Positions 28,159 through 38,232 of a stretch of DNA of 54,929 nt are shown in pieces. Position numbers and translations under genes: made by a program. Each line of letters opens with the position of its first letter. The first letter of the stretch is position 1. The stretch covers positions 1 to 54,929 of the forward strand of contig CAZYPS010000005.1 of NCBI GenBank assembly GCA_964649445.1. Reading direction: 5' to 3'. The notes beneath the pieces are model-generated. The model was given only the letters and a program-made list of their open reading frames with translations, made no database searches and was not told where the DNA came from. The stretch comes from an uncultured Thermotogae bacterium (lineage in GTDB: Bacteria > Bipolaricaulota > Bipolaricaulia > M55B111).

Positions 28159-29043
28159 ATGAAAAGTTATTTTCCCGAGAAAGTACTGCCTTATCTTCTC
28201 GTTGCACCTTCGATTATCATTATCATAATTTTCCTCGTCTACCCCTTTCTCCAGGCAATCTGGGGAAGCTTGGTAAGGGGAGGAGTCTGGGGAACCAATA
28301 CCAGATTCGTTGGTCTGGGGAACTATATGGAGTTGTTTACGTCCCCCGATTACCTCTGGACGCTCGGCAGAACTTTCCTGTTTGCCACGTTTGCCACCCT
28401 TGGTGGAATGGCCTTTTCGCTGGGACTCGCGGTGCTGCTCAATCAGAAGATCAAGGGCCGAATGTTCTTTCGAACCGCTGTTATCTGGCCTTACGCTCTG
28501 TCACCGGTGATTGCGGGTGTTCTGTGGGCGTTATTGTTTGATCCTTCCTCCGGTTTGTTCACTTATCTGGCTGAAGTGATGTTCGGGTTGGAGTTAAACT
28601 GGCGAACGGACGGAACTCTTGCTTTTATTATCATTACGATAGCCGCCGCCTGGAAGAATATCGGCTATAACGTGGTATTCTTCCTTGCCGGGTTGCAGAA
28701 CGTCCCTGAGCAAGTACTCGAGTCCGCTGAGGTTGATGGAGCAAGTTCTTTTCAGCGTTTCTGGAAAATTTCCATTCCTCTTATATCTCCGACCATCTTT
28801 TTCCTCCTGATAATGAATTACCTTTACGCGTTCTTTCGTACATTCGGGCTGGTTGACGTGGCTACACAGGGTGGGCCGGGAAAATCTACCGAGATATTGA
28901 CGTATAAACTCTACCAGGATGCTTTCGTGTTTTTTGATGGCGGATCCGCAAATGCTCAATCGGTCCTGTTGTTCATCTTTATAGTTGGATTTACCTATCT
29001 CCAGTTCCGCTATGCTCAGAGGGGTGTCTTCTATGGGAGTTAG
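28159..29043 (+). CDS. ugpA: G3P ABC permease UgpA (copy 1)
   Basis: LPYLLVAP, IWPYA.SP.IAG.LW, W..IGYN.VFFLAGLQ, AEVDGAS, YAFF.TFG, TQGGP. Confidence 0.9.
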   Translation: MKSYFPEKVLPYLLVAPSIIIIIIFLVYPFLQAIWGSLVRGGVWGTNTRFVGLGNYMELFTSPDYLWTLGRTFLFATFATLGGMAFSLGLAVLLNQKIKGRMFFRTAVIWPYALSPVIAGVLWALLFDPSSGLFTYLAEVMFGLELNWRTDGTLAFIIITIAAAWKNIGYNVVFFLAGLQNVPEQVLESAEVDGASSFQRFWKISIPLISPTIFFLLIMNYLYAFFRTFGLVDVATQGGPGKSTEILTYKLYQDAFVFFDGGSANAQSVLLFIFIVGFTYLQFRYAQRGVFYGS

Positions 29044-29872
29044 CCGAGCAAAATGGAAGTTATTCAAACGGTTCGCTCTCTACGTTACTATAGTAGTCGC
29101 GATTCTTATCGTCTGCTTCCCGATAATATACGCAGCAGTGATGAGCACACGAGATCTTCAGGGAACGTTCCGTTACCCCCCAGATCTCATGCCCGGCAAC
29201 AGCGCCTTGAGTACCTATGCGCAGGCCTGGAATACAGTTAACCTGGGACGGCTCATGCTGAACTCCGGTATTGTAGCGGTCACTACGAGTATAGTGAAAA
29301 TCACCCTCGCGATGCTTGCGGCATTTGCGATCGTATTCTTTGATTTTAGGTGGAAATACCTGGCATTTGGGGCGACGTTTCTTACCCAATTGCTCCCGGT
29401 GCCGGTCAAGATCGTTCCTACTTTTCAATTAATGAGGAACTTTGGCTGGGTGGACAGTTACTATGCCCTGACTGTTCCTTATTTTGCCACTGCTACGGGA
29501 ACGTTTCTATTCCGCCAATTCTTTATGTCCGTGCCGGAAGATCTGGTCGATGCTGCCAGAGTGGACGGTTGCAGGCCGATGAGATTTCTGAAGGATATTT
29601 TAATTCCGCTTTCCTGGAATAATATCGGAGCGCTTTTTCTGGTTGAATTCGTCTACATGTGGAATAGATACCTCTGGCCTCTGGTAGTGACGGAGTCGGA
29701 ATCGATGAGGGTATCTCAAATCGGGATTAAGATGTTGATGACCACGGGTTCAATAAATAAGTGGAATATAATCATGGCCGGGGCTATCATCGTATTGTTA
29801 CCTCCTCTTGTCGTTCTCCTGTTTCTCCAGAAGACGTTTATCGAGGGATTTGTGATGAGGACTGGTAAATAA
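29033..29872 (+). CDS. ugpE: G3P ABC permease UgpE (copy 1)
   Basis: ATG 29033 after AGAGGGGTG; KITL..LAAFAIVFF, ATATGTFLFRQFF, DAARVDG, WNRYLWPL. Confidence 0.9.
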   Translation: MGVSRAKWKLFKRFALYVTIVVAILIVCFPIIYAAVMSTRDLQGTFRYPPDLMPGNSALSTYAQAWNTVNLGRLMLNSGIVAVTTSIVKITLAMLAAFAIVFFDFRWKYLAFGATFLTQLLPVPVKIVPTFQLMRNFGWVDSYYALTVPYFATATGTFLFRQFFMSVPEDLVDAARVDGCRPMRFLKDILIPLSWNNIGALFLVEFVYMWNRYLWPLVVTESESMRVSQIGIKMLMTTGSINKWNIIMAGAIIVLLPPLVVLLFLQKTFIEGFVMRTGK

Positions 29873-29994
29873 ATTTAACGTAATTGTCCAGAATTGCGTC
29901 GTTTTTCGAGCCGGTCAGTTCGAACCAAAGTCATTTGGTAGATAAGGGCATGGTTAAATTTTGTGGCAGGAAAATTCAGGGAGGAGGAATCAGT

Positions 29995-30020
29995 ACTACC
30001 GCCCTTTTGGGCGGAGTTTT
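29995..30020 (+). repeat. Hairpin CCGCCC-N4-GGGCGGAGTTT (terminator and/or IS200/IS605-type end remnant); near-copy at 40360
   Basis: ACTACCGCCCTTTTGGGCGGAGTTTT; the same CCGCCC-N4-GGGCGGAG(C/T)TT core occurs at 40360-40380. Confidence 0.5.
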
Positions 30021-30361
30021 CGGTAATTTAGGAAGTTAATGAGTTTATTCTTGTAGCAGTAAAAGTCCTAACTCTGGCTTCCCTAAAATATTAGAAGTGG
30101 AATTAGTTCTAATTTTCCTGTTATGTCGAAGTTGAAAAATTACTCCAGTTTATGACTTACTCTCTGTTTCTGCATTCAGAGATCAATTGACTTGAAAAAC
30201 ATATAAATTTTATATTACTATATTCTTTGTATCTGAGCGTTTACTTATAAAATTGTTAAATTTCTGAAGAAAAACTGATTAACCTATGTTCGTGGCGGCT
30301 TGGCTACAAATTTAATTAGCTTGAAATATTTTCTAAACGACAAAAAGTTCAAAATGTAATC

Positions 30362-30379
30362 GGGGGGTGATCGATGTAG
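30362..30379 (+). promoter_or_regulatory. Extra upstream SD-like element followed by an ATG-TAG start-stop
   Basis: GGGGGGTGATC then G-ATG-TAG, about 95 nt before the ugpB2 ATG. Confidence 0.55.
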
Positions 30380-30469
30380 GGATAAAAGTTCATATTTGGT
30401 TGGTTTATAAAAAGTAGTGAGTAAAAGTTGGTTGCCTAACTGTTGAAACTTTAATAAAGGGGGTAAAAT

Positions 30470-31786
30470 ATGAAAACGAAATTGGTTAGCCTAGTTCTTA
30501 TTTTCTCTCTCCTGTTAACCGGTATTACTTTTGCGGGTGCGGCTCAGGAAGAAACGGAGATTGATTTCTGGTATGCATTATCCGGTACGATCGCCGAAAC
30601 CACCTTGGAATTAGTAGAAGGTTTTAACGAAACTCACCCCAATATTCACGTCAATGCTGTAAACAAAGGTACATACTCCGAAGCTTTAACCTCTGCAGTC
30701 GCTGCTTATCGGTCAGGTAATGCTCCTGATATAGTTCAGGTCTACGAGGTAGGTACTCAGACGATGCTGGATAGTGGAGCAGTACACCCGCTTTGGAAAT
30801 TAGTTGAAGAATACGATTTAAATATCGACACTGAGAACTTTATCGCGCCGGTAAAAAGTTACTTCGAAGTAGACGGCAAGCTTGCTTCTCTGCCATTTAA
30901 CTCTTCCACGCCGGTAATGTATTACAACAAGGACGCTTTTGAAGAAGCCGGCTTGAATCCAAACCATCCTCCCAGAACTTTCGCCGAGGTCGAAGAGATG
31001 GGGAAACAGCTAATAAATAACACTGACGTTAAGTACGCCCTGACCGCCGGATGGCCGTCCTGGACATTGTTAGAAAATATGCATACCTGGCACAGACAAC
31101 CAATTGCCAACAACAATAACGGATACAGCGATTACGCTACTGAACTCAAAGTCAACCAGGATTTCAGTGTGGAACTTTTTGAGACCTACAGGAATTGGCA
31201 GCAGGAAAACGTATTTACCTACCAGGGCCGGGAAGGATCGCCCAACCCCAGCTTTTTAGGCGGGGACATCGGTATGATTATTACTTCGACTGCGTATCTA
31301 AGTGGATTTAAAGAAGCAGCTGAATTTGAAATAGGTACAACCTACTTGCCGCACATGCAGGGATACCCCCGTGGGAACTCATTAATAGGTGGCGCAACGT
31401 TGTGGGCGTTGAAAGGTAACTCCGAGGAGGAACAGGAAGCAACAGCCAAGTTCCTGGAATACGTTGCTCGGACGGACAACCAGGTGTTCTGGCATAAAAA
31501 TACCGGTTACTTCCCCGTCACCAATAGCGCTGTCAGGCGATTACTGGACGAAGGATGGTTTGCCGATAATCCAAATTATCTGACCGCTTTTCTCCAGATG
31601 TCCACCGGGGTTACTACTGAAGGGAACAAAGGGCTGAGGCTCGGTAATTTCGTTTCAATTCGGAACGTCCTGCTAAACCAAATCGAATCTATGTTCGGTG
31701 GGGACAGAACTCCGGAACGAGCTTTAAATAGAGCAGTTAGAGAAGTTAATGGAGTGCTGGATAATTACGTATCGTCTCAGGAATAA
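30470..31786 (+). CDS. ugpB: sn-glycerol-3-phosphate/glycerophosphodiester ABC substrate-binding protein (copy 2)
   Basis: QVYEVGTQTM, SLPFNSSTPVMYYNKDAF, GWPSW, IGGATLW, WHKNTGYFP, KGLRLGNF..IR. Confidence 0.9.
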   Translation: MKTKLVSLVLIFSLLLTGITFAGAAQEETEIDFWYALSGTIAETTLELVEGFNETHPNIHVNAVNKGTYSEALTSAVAAYRSGNAPDIVQVYEVGTQTMLDSGAVHPLWKLVEEYDLNIDTENFIAPVKSYFEVDGKLASLPFNSSTPVMYYNKDAFEEAGLNPNHPPRTFAEVEEMGKQLINNTDVKYALTAGWPSWTLLENMHTWHRQPIANNNNGYSDYATELKVNQDFSVELFETYRNWQQENVFTYQGREGSPNPSFLGGDIGMIITSTAYLSGFKEAAEFEIGTTYLPHMQGYPRGNSLIGGATLWALKGNSEEEQEATAKFLEYVARTDNQVFWHKNTGYFPVTNSAVRRLLDEGWFADNPNYLTAFLQMSTGVTTEGNKGLRLGNFVSIRNVLLNQIESMFGGDRTPERALNRAVREVNGVLDNYVSSQE

Positions 31787-31797
31787 GTTCGATTGAC

Positions 31798-31829
31798 AGA
31801 GTAGGGGGTGTTACTCCCCCTACTCTTTT
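31798..31829 (+). terminator. Intercistronic hairpin/terminator after SBP
   Basis: Perfect 11-bp stem AGAGTAGGGGG / CCCCCTACTCT followed by TTT. Confidence 0.75.
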
Positions 31830-31874
31830 GATTTGTGCCATAACTTAAGTGTTTTTAGCTAGTTAGATGAGGTT

Positions 31875-32807
31875 TTGTTTGCCATTATGTTTACCCGCAT
31901 GAAAAAGTTCTTCGAGTTAGATTTGAGTATGAACGATTTATTTGGTTCCTTTCAGAGTAACTTCCTTGCTTATCTATTTATACTCCCCCAGCTAGTTGTT
32001 ATTGGGATATTCTTTATTTACCCCACTATAAAATCCTTCCGGATGAGTTTGTTCCGAAGCGTGCCGTTTAGGGGTTTGGTAAACTTCGTGGGGCTAAAAA
32101 ACTTTATAGATATCTTTCAATCCCCTGCGTATCTCCAGTCAATCGTAGTAACGTTGATATTTGGCTTGGTGGTTACAGTATTAGGAGTAGGTGTATCTTT
32201 AGTAATAGCGAAAATGCTGGATGTAGTTGTCCGAGGGGTTGGGTTTTATCAAGCCGCCGTTATATGGCCTTATGCTATTTCCCCAACGATAGCTGGTATA
32301 ATATGGGGCTTTCTATTTCATCCCTCGCACGGGAGTATTAGCTATTTTTTACCCTTTGAGTTGAACTGGTTGACCAATGGGAGAGAAGCACTGGTCTTGG
32401 TTATACTGGCCGCTACGTGGAGGCAGCTGGGCTATAATATTGCTTTCTACATAGCAGGTTTGAAGGCAATACCTACGTCCTTCCAGGAAGCAGCTGTGGT
32501 AGACGGAGCAAACGGCTGGCAAAGGTTCTGGCACATTACCTTTCCGATGCTATCTCCGATAACGTTTTTCCTGGTTACCATGAATTTGATATACGCATTC
32601 TTTAGGACTTTCGGTTTAATACACGCGTTGACCCAGGGAGGTCCAGCGGGATATACAAATCTCATGATTTATAAGGTTTATACTGACGGGTTTACGGATT
32701 TAAGGTTGGGTTATTCAGCGGCTCAGTCGGTAATATTGCTACTATTTGTTGCAGGTATAACCATGTTCCAGTTTAAATTTGCCGAAAGAAGGGTAGCATA
32801 TCAATGA
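31875..32807 (+). CDS. ugpA: G3P ABC permease UgpA (copy 2); exact start uncertain
   Basis: IWPYAISP.IAG..W.FLF.P, W.QLGYN, EAAVVDGA, YAFF.TFG.I...TQGGP. Confidence 0.88.
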   Translation: MFAIMFTRMKKFFELDLSMNDLFGSFQSNFLAYLFILPQLVVIGIFFIYPTIKSFRMSLFRSVPFRGLVNFVGLKNFIDIFQSPAYLQSIVVTLIFGLVVTVLGVGVSLVIAKMLDVVVRGVGFYQAAVIWPYAISPTIAGIIWGFLFHPSHGSISYFLPFELNWLTNGREALVLVILAATWRQLGYNIAFYIAGLKAIPTSFQEAAVVDGANGWQRFWHITFPMLSPITFFLVTMNLIYAFFRTFGLIHALTQGGPAGYTNLMIYKVYTDGFTDLRLGYSAAQSVILLLFVAGITMFQFKFAERRVAYQ

Positions 32808-33652
32808 TCGCCATGATGAAAAAGTTAAGTGACAAGCTGAATTTCCGAATTTTAATCCACATTTTACTAATATTGACTATTTTTGTGTTAAGCTTCCCCC
32901 TGATATATACATTTATAGTTAGCACTCAGTCATTATCTGCAGCCGTAGCGATCCCCCCGAATTTAAAGGTGGGCGGGGGACTTATTGAAAATTATGCTAC
33001 TGCCTGGGGCCGTGCAAATATGGGAAGAGTATTGCTCAACAGCGGGATTATGTCTCTTTCAGTTACTGTGGGCAAAATTACTGTAGCTGCTATGACTGCA
33101 TTTGCCATAGTTTTCTTTGATCCTCCTGGGGGTAGATTCATATTCTTTATCACCTTATTGACTTTAATGCTCCCGATACCCGTCAGGCTATTACCTACTC
33201 ACGAAGTAGTAAGTTCGTTCGGCTGGATCGACACGTATTTTGCTCTTACTTTGCCGTACTTTGTCTCCGCTACTGCAACCTTTTTACTGCGACAGTTCTT
33301 TAAAACGGTGCCCCAGGATCTCGTTGACGCAGCCAGAGTGGACGGAGCCAGTCCTACACGTTTCTTCTTCCGGGTTCTGCTCCCGCTGTCAAGAACTAAT
33401 ATAGCTGCTCTCTTTGTAATTCTATTTATATGGACCTGGAACCAGTATCTCTGGCCATTAGTAGTAACAAACAGCGAAAACATGAGAGTAATGCAGCTCG
33501 GGATCAGTTTTTTGATCCCCAAAGGGGGTACTGGAATGCCTCCCTGGAATATAATTATGGCAGCTGTGGTTATTGCCGTATTGCCACCTCTTTTGGTTTT
33601 AATGATAATGCAGAGGGAATTTGTAAAAGGATTAATTGAGCCGGAAAAATAA
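32804..33652 (+). CDS. ugpE: G3P ABC permease UgpE (copy 2)
   Basis: TLMLP.PVR, SATATFLLRQFF, DAARVDGA, PLSRTNIAALF, WNQYLWPL. Confidence 0.9.
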   Translation: MIAMMKKLSDKLNFRILIHILLILTIFVLSFPLIYTFIVSTQSLSAAVAIPPNLKVGGGLIENYATAWGRANMGRVLLNSGIMSLSVTVGKITVAAMTAFAIVFFDPPGGRFIFFITLLTLMLPIPVRLLPTHEVVSSFGWIDTYFALTLPYFVSATATFLLRQFFKTVPQDLVDAARVDGASPTRFFFRVLLPLSRTNIAALFVILFIWTWNQYLWPLVVTNSENMRVMQLGISFLIPKGGTGMPPWNIIMAAVVIAVLPPLLVLMIMQREFVKGLIEPEK

Positions 33653-33753
33653 TATCCCTAAAGGAAGGTTTCAGTTAGGGCTGATTTATGAGGTCTTAAG
33701 TGTCATAGTTTGTACTAGCTGAAATTTGAGTATTTAATTGAAGATTTGAGAAA

Positions 33754-33765
33754 AAGGGGGTGTAA
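33754..33765 (+). promoter_or_regulatory. Extra upstream SD-like element (STAB-SD-like) of SBP gene
   Basis: AAGGGGGTGTAA about 115 nt before the phnD ATG. Confidence 0.5.
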
Positions 33766-33879
33766 GTAGGGTCCGATAAGTTGTTAAGTTGTGTTGGTTT
33801 TACAGTTAAATGTAAGTCGGTGACCGAAACCTTAACTAGACTCAATTAACTTAAAACCAAAATAAACAGGGGGATAAAA

Positions 33880-34782
33880 ATGAATAAAAGACGAAACAGC
33901 TTTTTAATAGCCGGTATTTTGCTACTGAGTTTCTTACTCGTCACGACTGTCGGGTTTGCCCAGGACGGAGAGGACTGTGCTAACCCGGACTCACTAACTT
34001 TCAGCGTAATTCCGACCGAAGATATCGCCCTCCACGCTGAGCGCTATCAGCCGTTACTTGATTGGATGAAGGAAAAGACCGGCAAGAGTATAGAATTCTA
34101 TGCACCGACTAGCTATAACGGCGTTATCGAAGCTATGAGGTCTGACTTCGTAGATATTGCCGGATTTGGTGCGTTTTCATATATCCTTGCCCATCAAAAG
34201 GCCGATGCTCAGGTATTTTCCATGAGGATAGACTCTCGAACTGGCGAACAAGGTTACTATTCCTATATGGTAACCAAGAGTGACTCAGGAATTGAGTCGG
34301 TCGAAGACCTGGAAGGTAAGACCTTTGCCTTTACCGATCCCGGTAGCACTTCGGGCAAACTTATTCCCAGTTATATATTCAAGAAAGAGGGCATAAATAC
34401 GGATGAATTTTTAAATCGCACGATCTTTGCAGGTGGTCACCAGTCCGCAGTTTTGGCCGTAAAAAGAGGGCAGGTTGACGCGGCTGCCGTCGCCAGTACC
34501 GTATATCAGCGGATGGCTAATAGAGAGGAAATTGATAAGGACAACGTAGTAATCTTCCGCAAATCGTCGCTGCTGCCCCTTGCTCCTCAGACTTACAGGG
34601 GAGACCTCTGTGATAGTCTAAAACAAGATATAGAGGAAGCTTACTTCACATTTGCGGAAGAGGCACCAAATGCTGACAAGCTACTTGAGCCAATGGACGC
34701 TACGAGGTTTGAGTCGGCAGAGGATTCTGACTTCGACCGAATTCGAGATATAATCGACATAATGGACGTCGAGGTCGGTTAA
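33880..34782 (+). CDS. phnD: Phosphate/phosphite/phosphonate ABC substrate-binding protein
   Basis: Signal peptide; SYNGVIEAM, G.FSY, DL.GKTFAFTDPGSTSG.L.P, GGH, G.VDAA. Confidence 0.9.
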   Translation: MNKRRNSFLIAGILLLSFLLVTTVGFAQDGEDCANPDSLTFSVIPTEDIALHAERYQPLLDWMKEKTGKSIEFYAPTSYNGVIEAMRSDFVDIAGFGAFSYILAHQKADAQVFSMRIDSRTGEQGYYSYMVTKSDSGIESVEDLEGKTFAFTDPGSTSGKLIPSYIFKKEGINTDEFLNRTIFAGGHQSAVLAVKRGQVDAAAVASTVYQRMANREEIDKDNVVIFRKSSLLPLAPQTYRGDLCDSLKQDIEEAYFTFAEEAPNADKLLEPMDATRFESAEDSDFDRIRDIIDIMDVEVG

Positions 34783-34808
34783 ATTACCGTCTTAAATAGA
34801 CTTTCAAT

Positions 34809-34849
34809 AAGGAGGCTGGGTTTTTCGCTAAACCCAGCCTCCTTTTTTT
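34809..34849 (+). terminator. Intercistronic hairpin/terminator after SBP
   Basis: 15-bp stem AAGGAGGCTGGGTTT / AAACCCAGCCTCCTT followed by a T-run. Confidence 0.8.
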
Positions 34850-34881
34850 GGAGGGAATGAGTTGAAAGGAGTGAAACGTAA

Positions 34882-35679
34882 ATGACAGCTGTGAATAATC
34901 AGAACGAATCGGAAGCCTCCGGGGCCGTACTGGTGGTCGAGGACCTCAAAAAAACGTATGGCACGGGGGATGAGGCGCTCAAAGGGGTTTCTTTCGAGGT
35001 TGGAAGCGGTGAATTTGTTTCGATAGTCGGTCCCAGCGGAGCAGGTAAGTCGACACTGATACGGTGTATAAATCGGTTAGTGGAGCCCGACAGTGGAAAG
35101 GTTACTCTGGAAGGGGTGGACGTCACGGCGTTAGGAAAAGGGGAATTAACCCAGACCAGGAGGAATATCGGTATGATATTTCAGGAATTTAACCTGGTCG
35201 AAAGATTGAGCGTAATGGAAAACGTCCTTTCCGGACGACTGGGCTATACCAGTACTATTAATAGCTTCCTCAGAAGGTTCTCGGACGAGGACGTTTCGTT
35301 TGCCCTCAAAACTCTGGAAAGAGTAGGGTTGAAGGAATTTGCCGACAACAGGGCTGATGAGCTTAGCGGGGGCCAGCGTCAGAGAGTTGGTATAGCCAGG
35401 GCAGTGGTCCAAAGACCCCGGATAATACTGGTTGATGAGCCGACTTCCAGTCTCGATCCCGAGATATCCCGGAACGTAATGGATTTGATAGAGGAAGTCA
35501 GCCAGGAAGACAATATGCCGGTTCTAATCAACCTTCATGACGTGGATCTAGCAAAGGAATACGGGGAAAGAATAATAGGCCTGAGGGACGGTGAAAAAAT
35601 ATTTGACGATGTCCCCGGGAAGTTCGACGAAAGAGCTATGGATGTCCTGTATCGAGGAGCCTCCGAGGATGAATATTAA
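34882..35679 (+). CDS. phnC: Phosphonate-type ABC ATP-binding protein
   Basis: GPSGAGKSTLIRCINRL, GMIFQEFNLVERL, NVLSGRLG, LSGGQRQRVGIARA, DEP..SLDP, INLH. Confidence 0.92.
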   Translation: MTAVNNQNESEASGAVLVVEDLKKTYGTGDEALKGVSFEVGSGEFVSIVGPSGAGKSTLIRCINRLVEPDSGKVTLEGVDVTALGKGELTQTRRNIGMIFQEFNLVERLSVMENVLSGRLGYTSTINSFLRRFSDEDVSFALKTLERVGLKEFADNRADELSGGQRQRVGIARAVVQRPRIILVDEPTSSLDPEISRNVMDLIEEVSQEDNMPVLINLHDVDLAKEYGERIIGLRDGEKIFDDVPGKFDERAMDVLYRGASEDEY

Positions 35680-35714
35680 ACCTGGACCGTATTTGGACCG
35701 GCGAGTGATAGACC

Positions 35715-36497
35715 GTGGATAACTGGGATCCCAAATCGAGAAGCGAAAAGATCAGGCAAAGAGGCCTAACTCTCGTGGCTCTGGGTTTAATTATCTGGAG
35801 TGCCCTGGCGATAGATATACAGTGGTCGACCATGGGGGGTATATCGGCGTTAGGGGATTTAATTGTTAGTTTTATTCCTCCCGATCTAAGCTACGTGCCA
35901 AATCTTCTTCAGCCCGCACTGGAAACGTTCGAGATGGCCGTAGTGGGAACCCTGGCGGCGGTGATTATGGCAGTCCCTGTGGCTCTAATTTCGGCCAAAA
36001 ATATTACGCCGAGCAAGGTTATCCTGTACCCAATTGGTCGGGCTATCATAGTGGTGAGCCGATCGGTTCACGAGATAATATGGGCTCTTATTTTCGTCGC
36101 TGCCCTGGGACTGGGACCTTTCGCCGGTACCTTGGCCCTTGGATTTAGGTCGATCGGTTTTCTCAGTAAGTTGCTAGCCGAAGAGATAGAGGGGATTGAT
36201 GAAGGGCAAATCGAAGCGATGAAAGCTTGTGGGGCCAACCGGGCGCAGATTATTCTGTTCGCGGTACTACCCCAGATCAAACCGCGTCTCATTGGGCTTA
36301 CGATCTATCGCTGGGATATTAATTTTCGAATGTCCACGGTTTTAGGAATTGTTGGGGCGGGCGGAATTGGTTACGAAATCCAGTCGGCTATGCAGCGGTT
36401 TCAGTACAACCAAGCTTCTTCAGTTATCCTGGTAATTCTAGTTATGGTCGCCATAGGTGAAGTCGTTTCAGCTCGGTTGAGGGAGCAAGTAACATGA
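35715..36497 (+). CDS. phnE: Phosphonate-type ABC permease
   Basis: ET.EMA..GT, RS..EIIWALIFV, GLGPFAG.LAL, KLLAEEIE, YRWDIN.R.STVLG.VGAGGIG. Confidence 0.92.
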   Translation: MDNWDPKSRSEKIRQRGLTLVALGLIIWSALAIDIQWSTMGGISALGDLIVSFIPPDLSYVPNLLQPALETFEMAVVGTLAAVIMAVPVALISAKNITPSKVILYPIGRAIIVVSRSVHEIIWALIFVAALGLGPFAGTLALGFRSIGFLSKLLAEEIEGIDEGQIEAMKACGANRAQIILFAVLPQIKPRLIGLTIYRWDINFRMSTVLGIVGAGGIGYEIQSAMQRFQYNQASSVILVILVMVAIGEVVSARLREQVT

Positions 36498-37309
36498 ATA
36501 AAGAAAACGAAAGAGATACCGAAAAAGAGTGGAGTCCGCGCTCGACCAGAAAGTCGCTTAAAAAGTACCTGGGATATTTTCTCATAGCTTCTGTTCTGAT
36601 TGGTATGATGTATTCGCTGGGGTTTAACTTTCTCAAGTTGGTTAATATATATAACCCTTTGTTCGATCTTTTCGGGAGGATGTTGCCGCCGGATATTGGT
36701 TACATACCCTCGAACCTGATCAAACCGACACTTGAGACATTCTACATGTCAATCCTCGGTACGGTTCTTGGGGTATTGATCTCGATACCGGTTGCCTGGT
36801 TTGCAGCTAGAAACGTTACTCCGATACCCTGGCTCACGTATCCGATAGGACGATTTCTGATCACTTTTACCCGATCTCTCCATTCTTTGATATGGGGTAT
36901 GATTTTTGTTGCGGCGGTCGGATTCGGTCCGTTGCCCGGCGTTCTGGCTTTGGGAATCCGAGGTATAGGTTTTGTGGGCAAGCTCCTTGCGGAGGAAATC
37001 GAAGATATTGATGAAGGTCAGGTAGAGGCGATCAAAGCTGCAGGAGGGAATAGTTTTCAGGTTCTCCTTTTTGGAGTAGTCCCGCAGGTAATACCTGAAT
37101 TTGTGGGCATAAGCGTCTATAGATGGGATATCTGCGTTAGGGCCTCTGCCATACTGGGATTCGTTGGAGCTGGAGGTCTGGGGTTCGAATTACAGCAAAC
37201 TATGAACCTATTCCAGTACCAGCGGGCTCTTGCGATCATACTTATCGTCATCGTCCTGGTGACAATTAGTGAGTCTATTTCGGCAGTTCTGAGAAACAGG
37301 GTCACTTGA
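36494..37309 (+). CDS. phnE: Phosphonate-type ABC permease (second subunit)
   Basis: G.GPLPGVLAL, GKLLAEEIE, YRWDI..RAS.ILG.VGAGGLG. Confidence 0.92.
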   Translation: MNKENERDTEKEWSPRSTRKSLKKYLGYFLIASVLIGMMYSLGFNFLKLVNIYNPLFDLFGRMLPPDIGYIPSNLIKPTLETFYMSILGTVLGVLISIPVAWFAARNVTPIPWLTYPIGRFLITFTRSLHSLIWGMIFVAAVGFGPLPGVLALGIRGIGFVGKLLAEEIEDIDEGQVEAIKAAGGNSFQVLLFGVVPQVIPEFVGISVYRWDICVRASAILGFVGAGGLGFELQQTMNLFQYQRALAIILIVIVLVTISESISAVLRNRVT

Positions 37310-37347
37310 AAAGGTTTAAGGAAAATAGAAGTCTCTAAAGGTTAAAT

Positions 37348-38232
37348 ATGAGTCAACTGATTTATCCCGAAAGGAAAGCGAAAGAAAAACTTGGCGAACT
37401 ACTGTCCGGAGGCGTCGTCCACCCGTTGCACAAGAAGGGCTTCCTGATTGATATCGACGGAGTAGTCTGCCGTGGAATGGAACTAATTAAAGGTGCGGAC
37501 GAAGTAATCAGAAAGTTGAGGGAAAACGAGAAAAGGACGGTATTTGTTTCCAACAATTCGACGAAGTCCCCTCGACTGTATAAGGGGAAGATGTCGGAGC
37601 TTGGGATAGAAGTTGAGGAAAAAGATCTGGTTCTGGCCACTGTTGTTGCGGCCGACCATATCAGGGAGAAAACCCCGAATGCCAGTGTGTACGTGGTCGG
37701 GGATAAAGGGCTTGGGGAGACAATGGAAGAATACGGGCTGGAAACCACGGAAGTGCCCGGGGAGTCGGATTACGTGGTTGTCGGAAATCCGTTTAGGCGA
37801 GACGGAAGACTAAGAGACGGTAACGACGGTAAAATAACAGGGGCAGTAAGGGCTATACTGGAGAACGACGCGAAGTTTATTGCCGTCAACGTCGATACGA
37901 TATTTCCCACAGAAAATGGACCCGTTCCCGCTACAGGGGCTATCGTTAAGGCAATTGCTCATTCGACCGGTCATTCGCCCGATATAGTTGCCGGTAAACC
38001 GGAGAAGCCCATGATTTCGCTGGCCCTGGAAAGGTTAAACCTAAAGCCGGAAGAGTGCGTTCTGATAGGGGATTCCCGGGTAGATATGGTGGCAGCCCAG
38101 GAGTATGGGTTAACGTCGGTTTTTGTAAGGACGGGCTCTGCTGAGGAACGGGACCTCGAAGAGGAAGGCGTCTTTCCCGACTTTGCTTTGGATTCGATCA
38201 GGGATCTACTCGTGGTTGAAAATTCCAGTTGA
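37348..38232 (+). CDS. HAD-IIA (NagD-like) phosphatase
   Basis: DIDGV motif I, SNNS, GKP, IGD..D. Confidence 0.88.
   Translation: MSQLIYPERKAKEKLGELLSGGVVHPLHKKGFLIDIDGVVCRGMELIKGADEVIRKLRENEKRTVFVSNNSTKSPRLYKGKMSELGIEVEEKDLVLATVVAADHIREKTPNASVYVVGDKGLGETMEEYGLETTEVPGESDYVVVGNPFRRDGRLRDGNDGKITGAVRAILENDAKFIAVNVDTIFPTENGPVPATGAIVKAIAHSTGHSPDIVAGKPEKPMISLALERLNLKPEECVLIGDSRVDMVAAQEYGLTSVFVRTGSAEERDLEEEGVFPDFALDSIRDLLVVENSS

Noticed and set aside
33697-33720. E. coli-type Pho box upstream of phnD (TGTCAT..TGTACT)
   Set aside because: The period is 10 nt rather than 11 and the second half-site is poor.
33880-37309. Classical phosphonate utilisation (C-P lyase) or phosphite oxidation operon
   Set aside because: No phnG-M, phnW/X/A or ptxD in the window; only HAD-IIA phosphatases follow.
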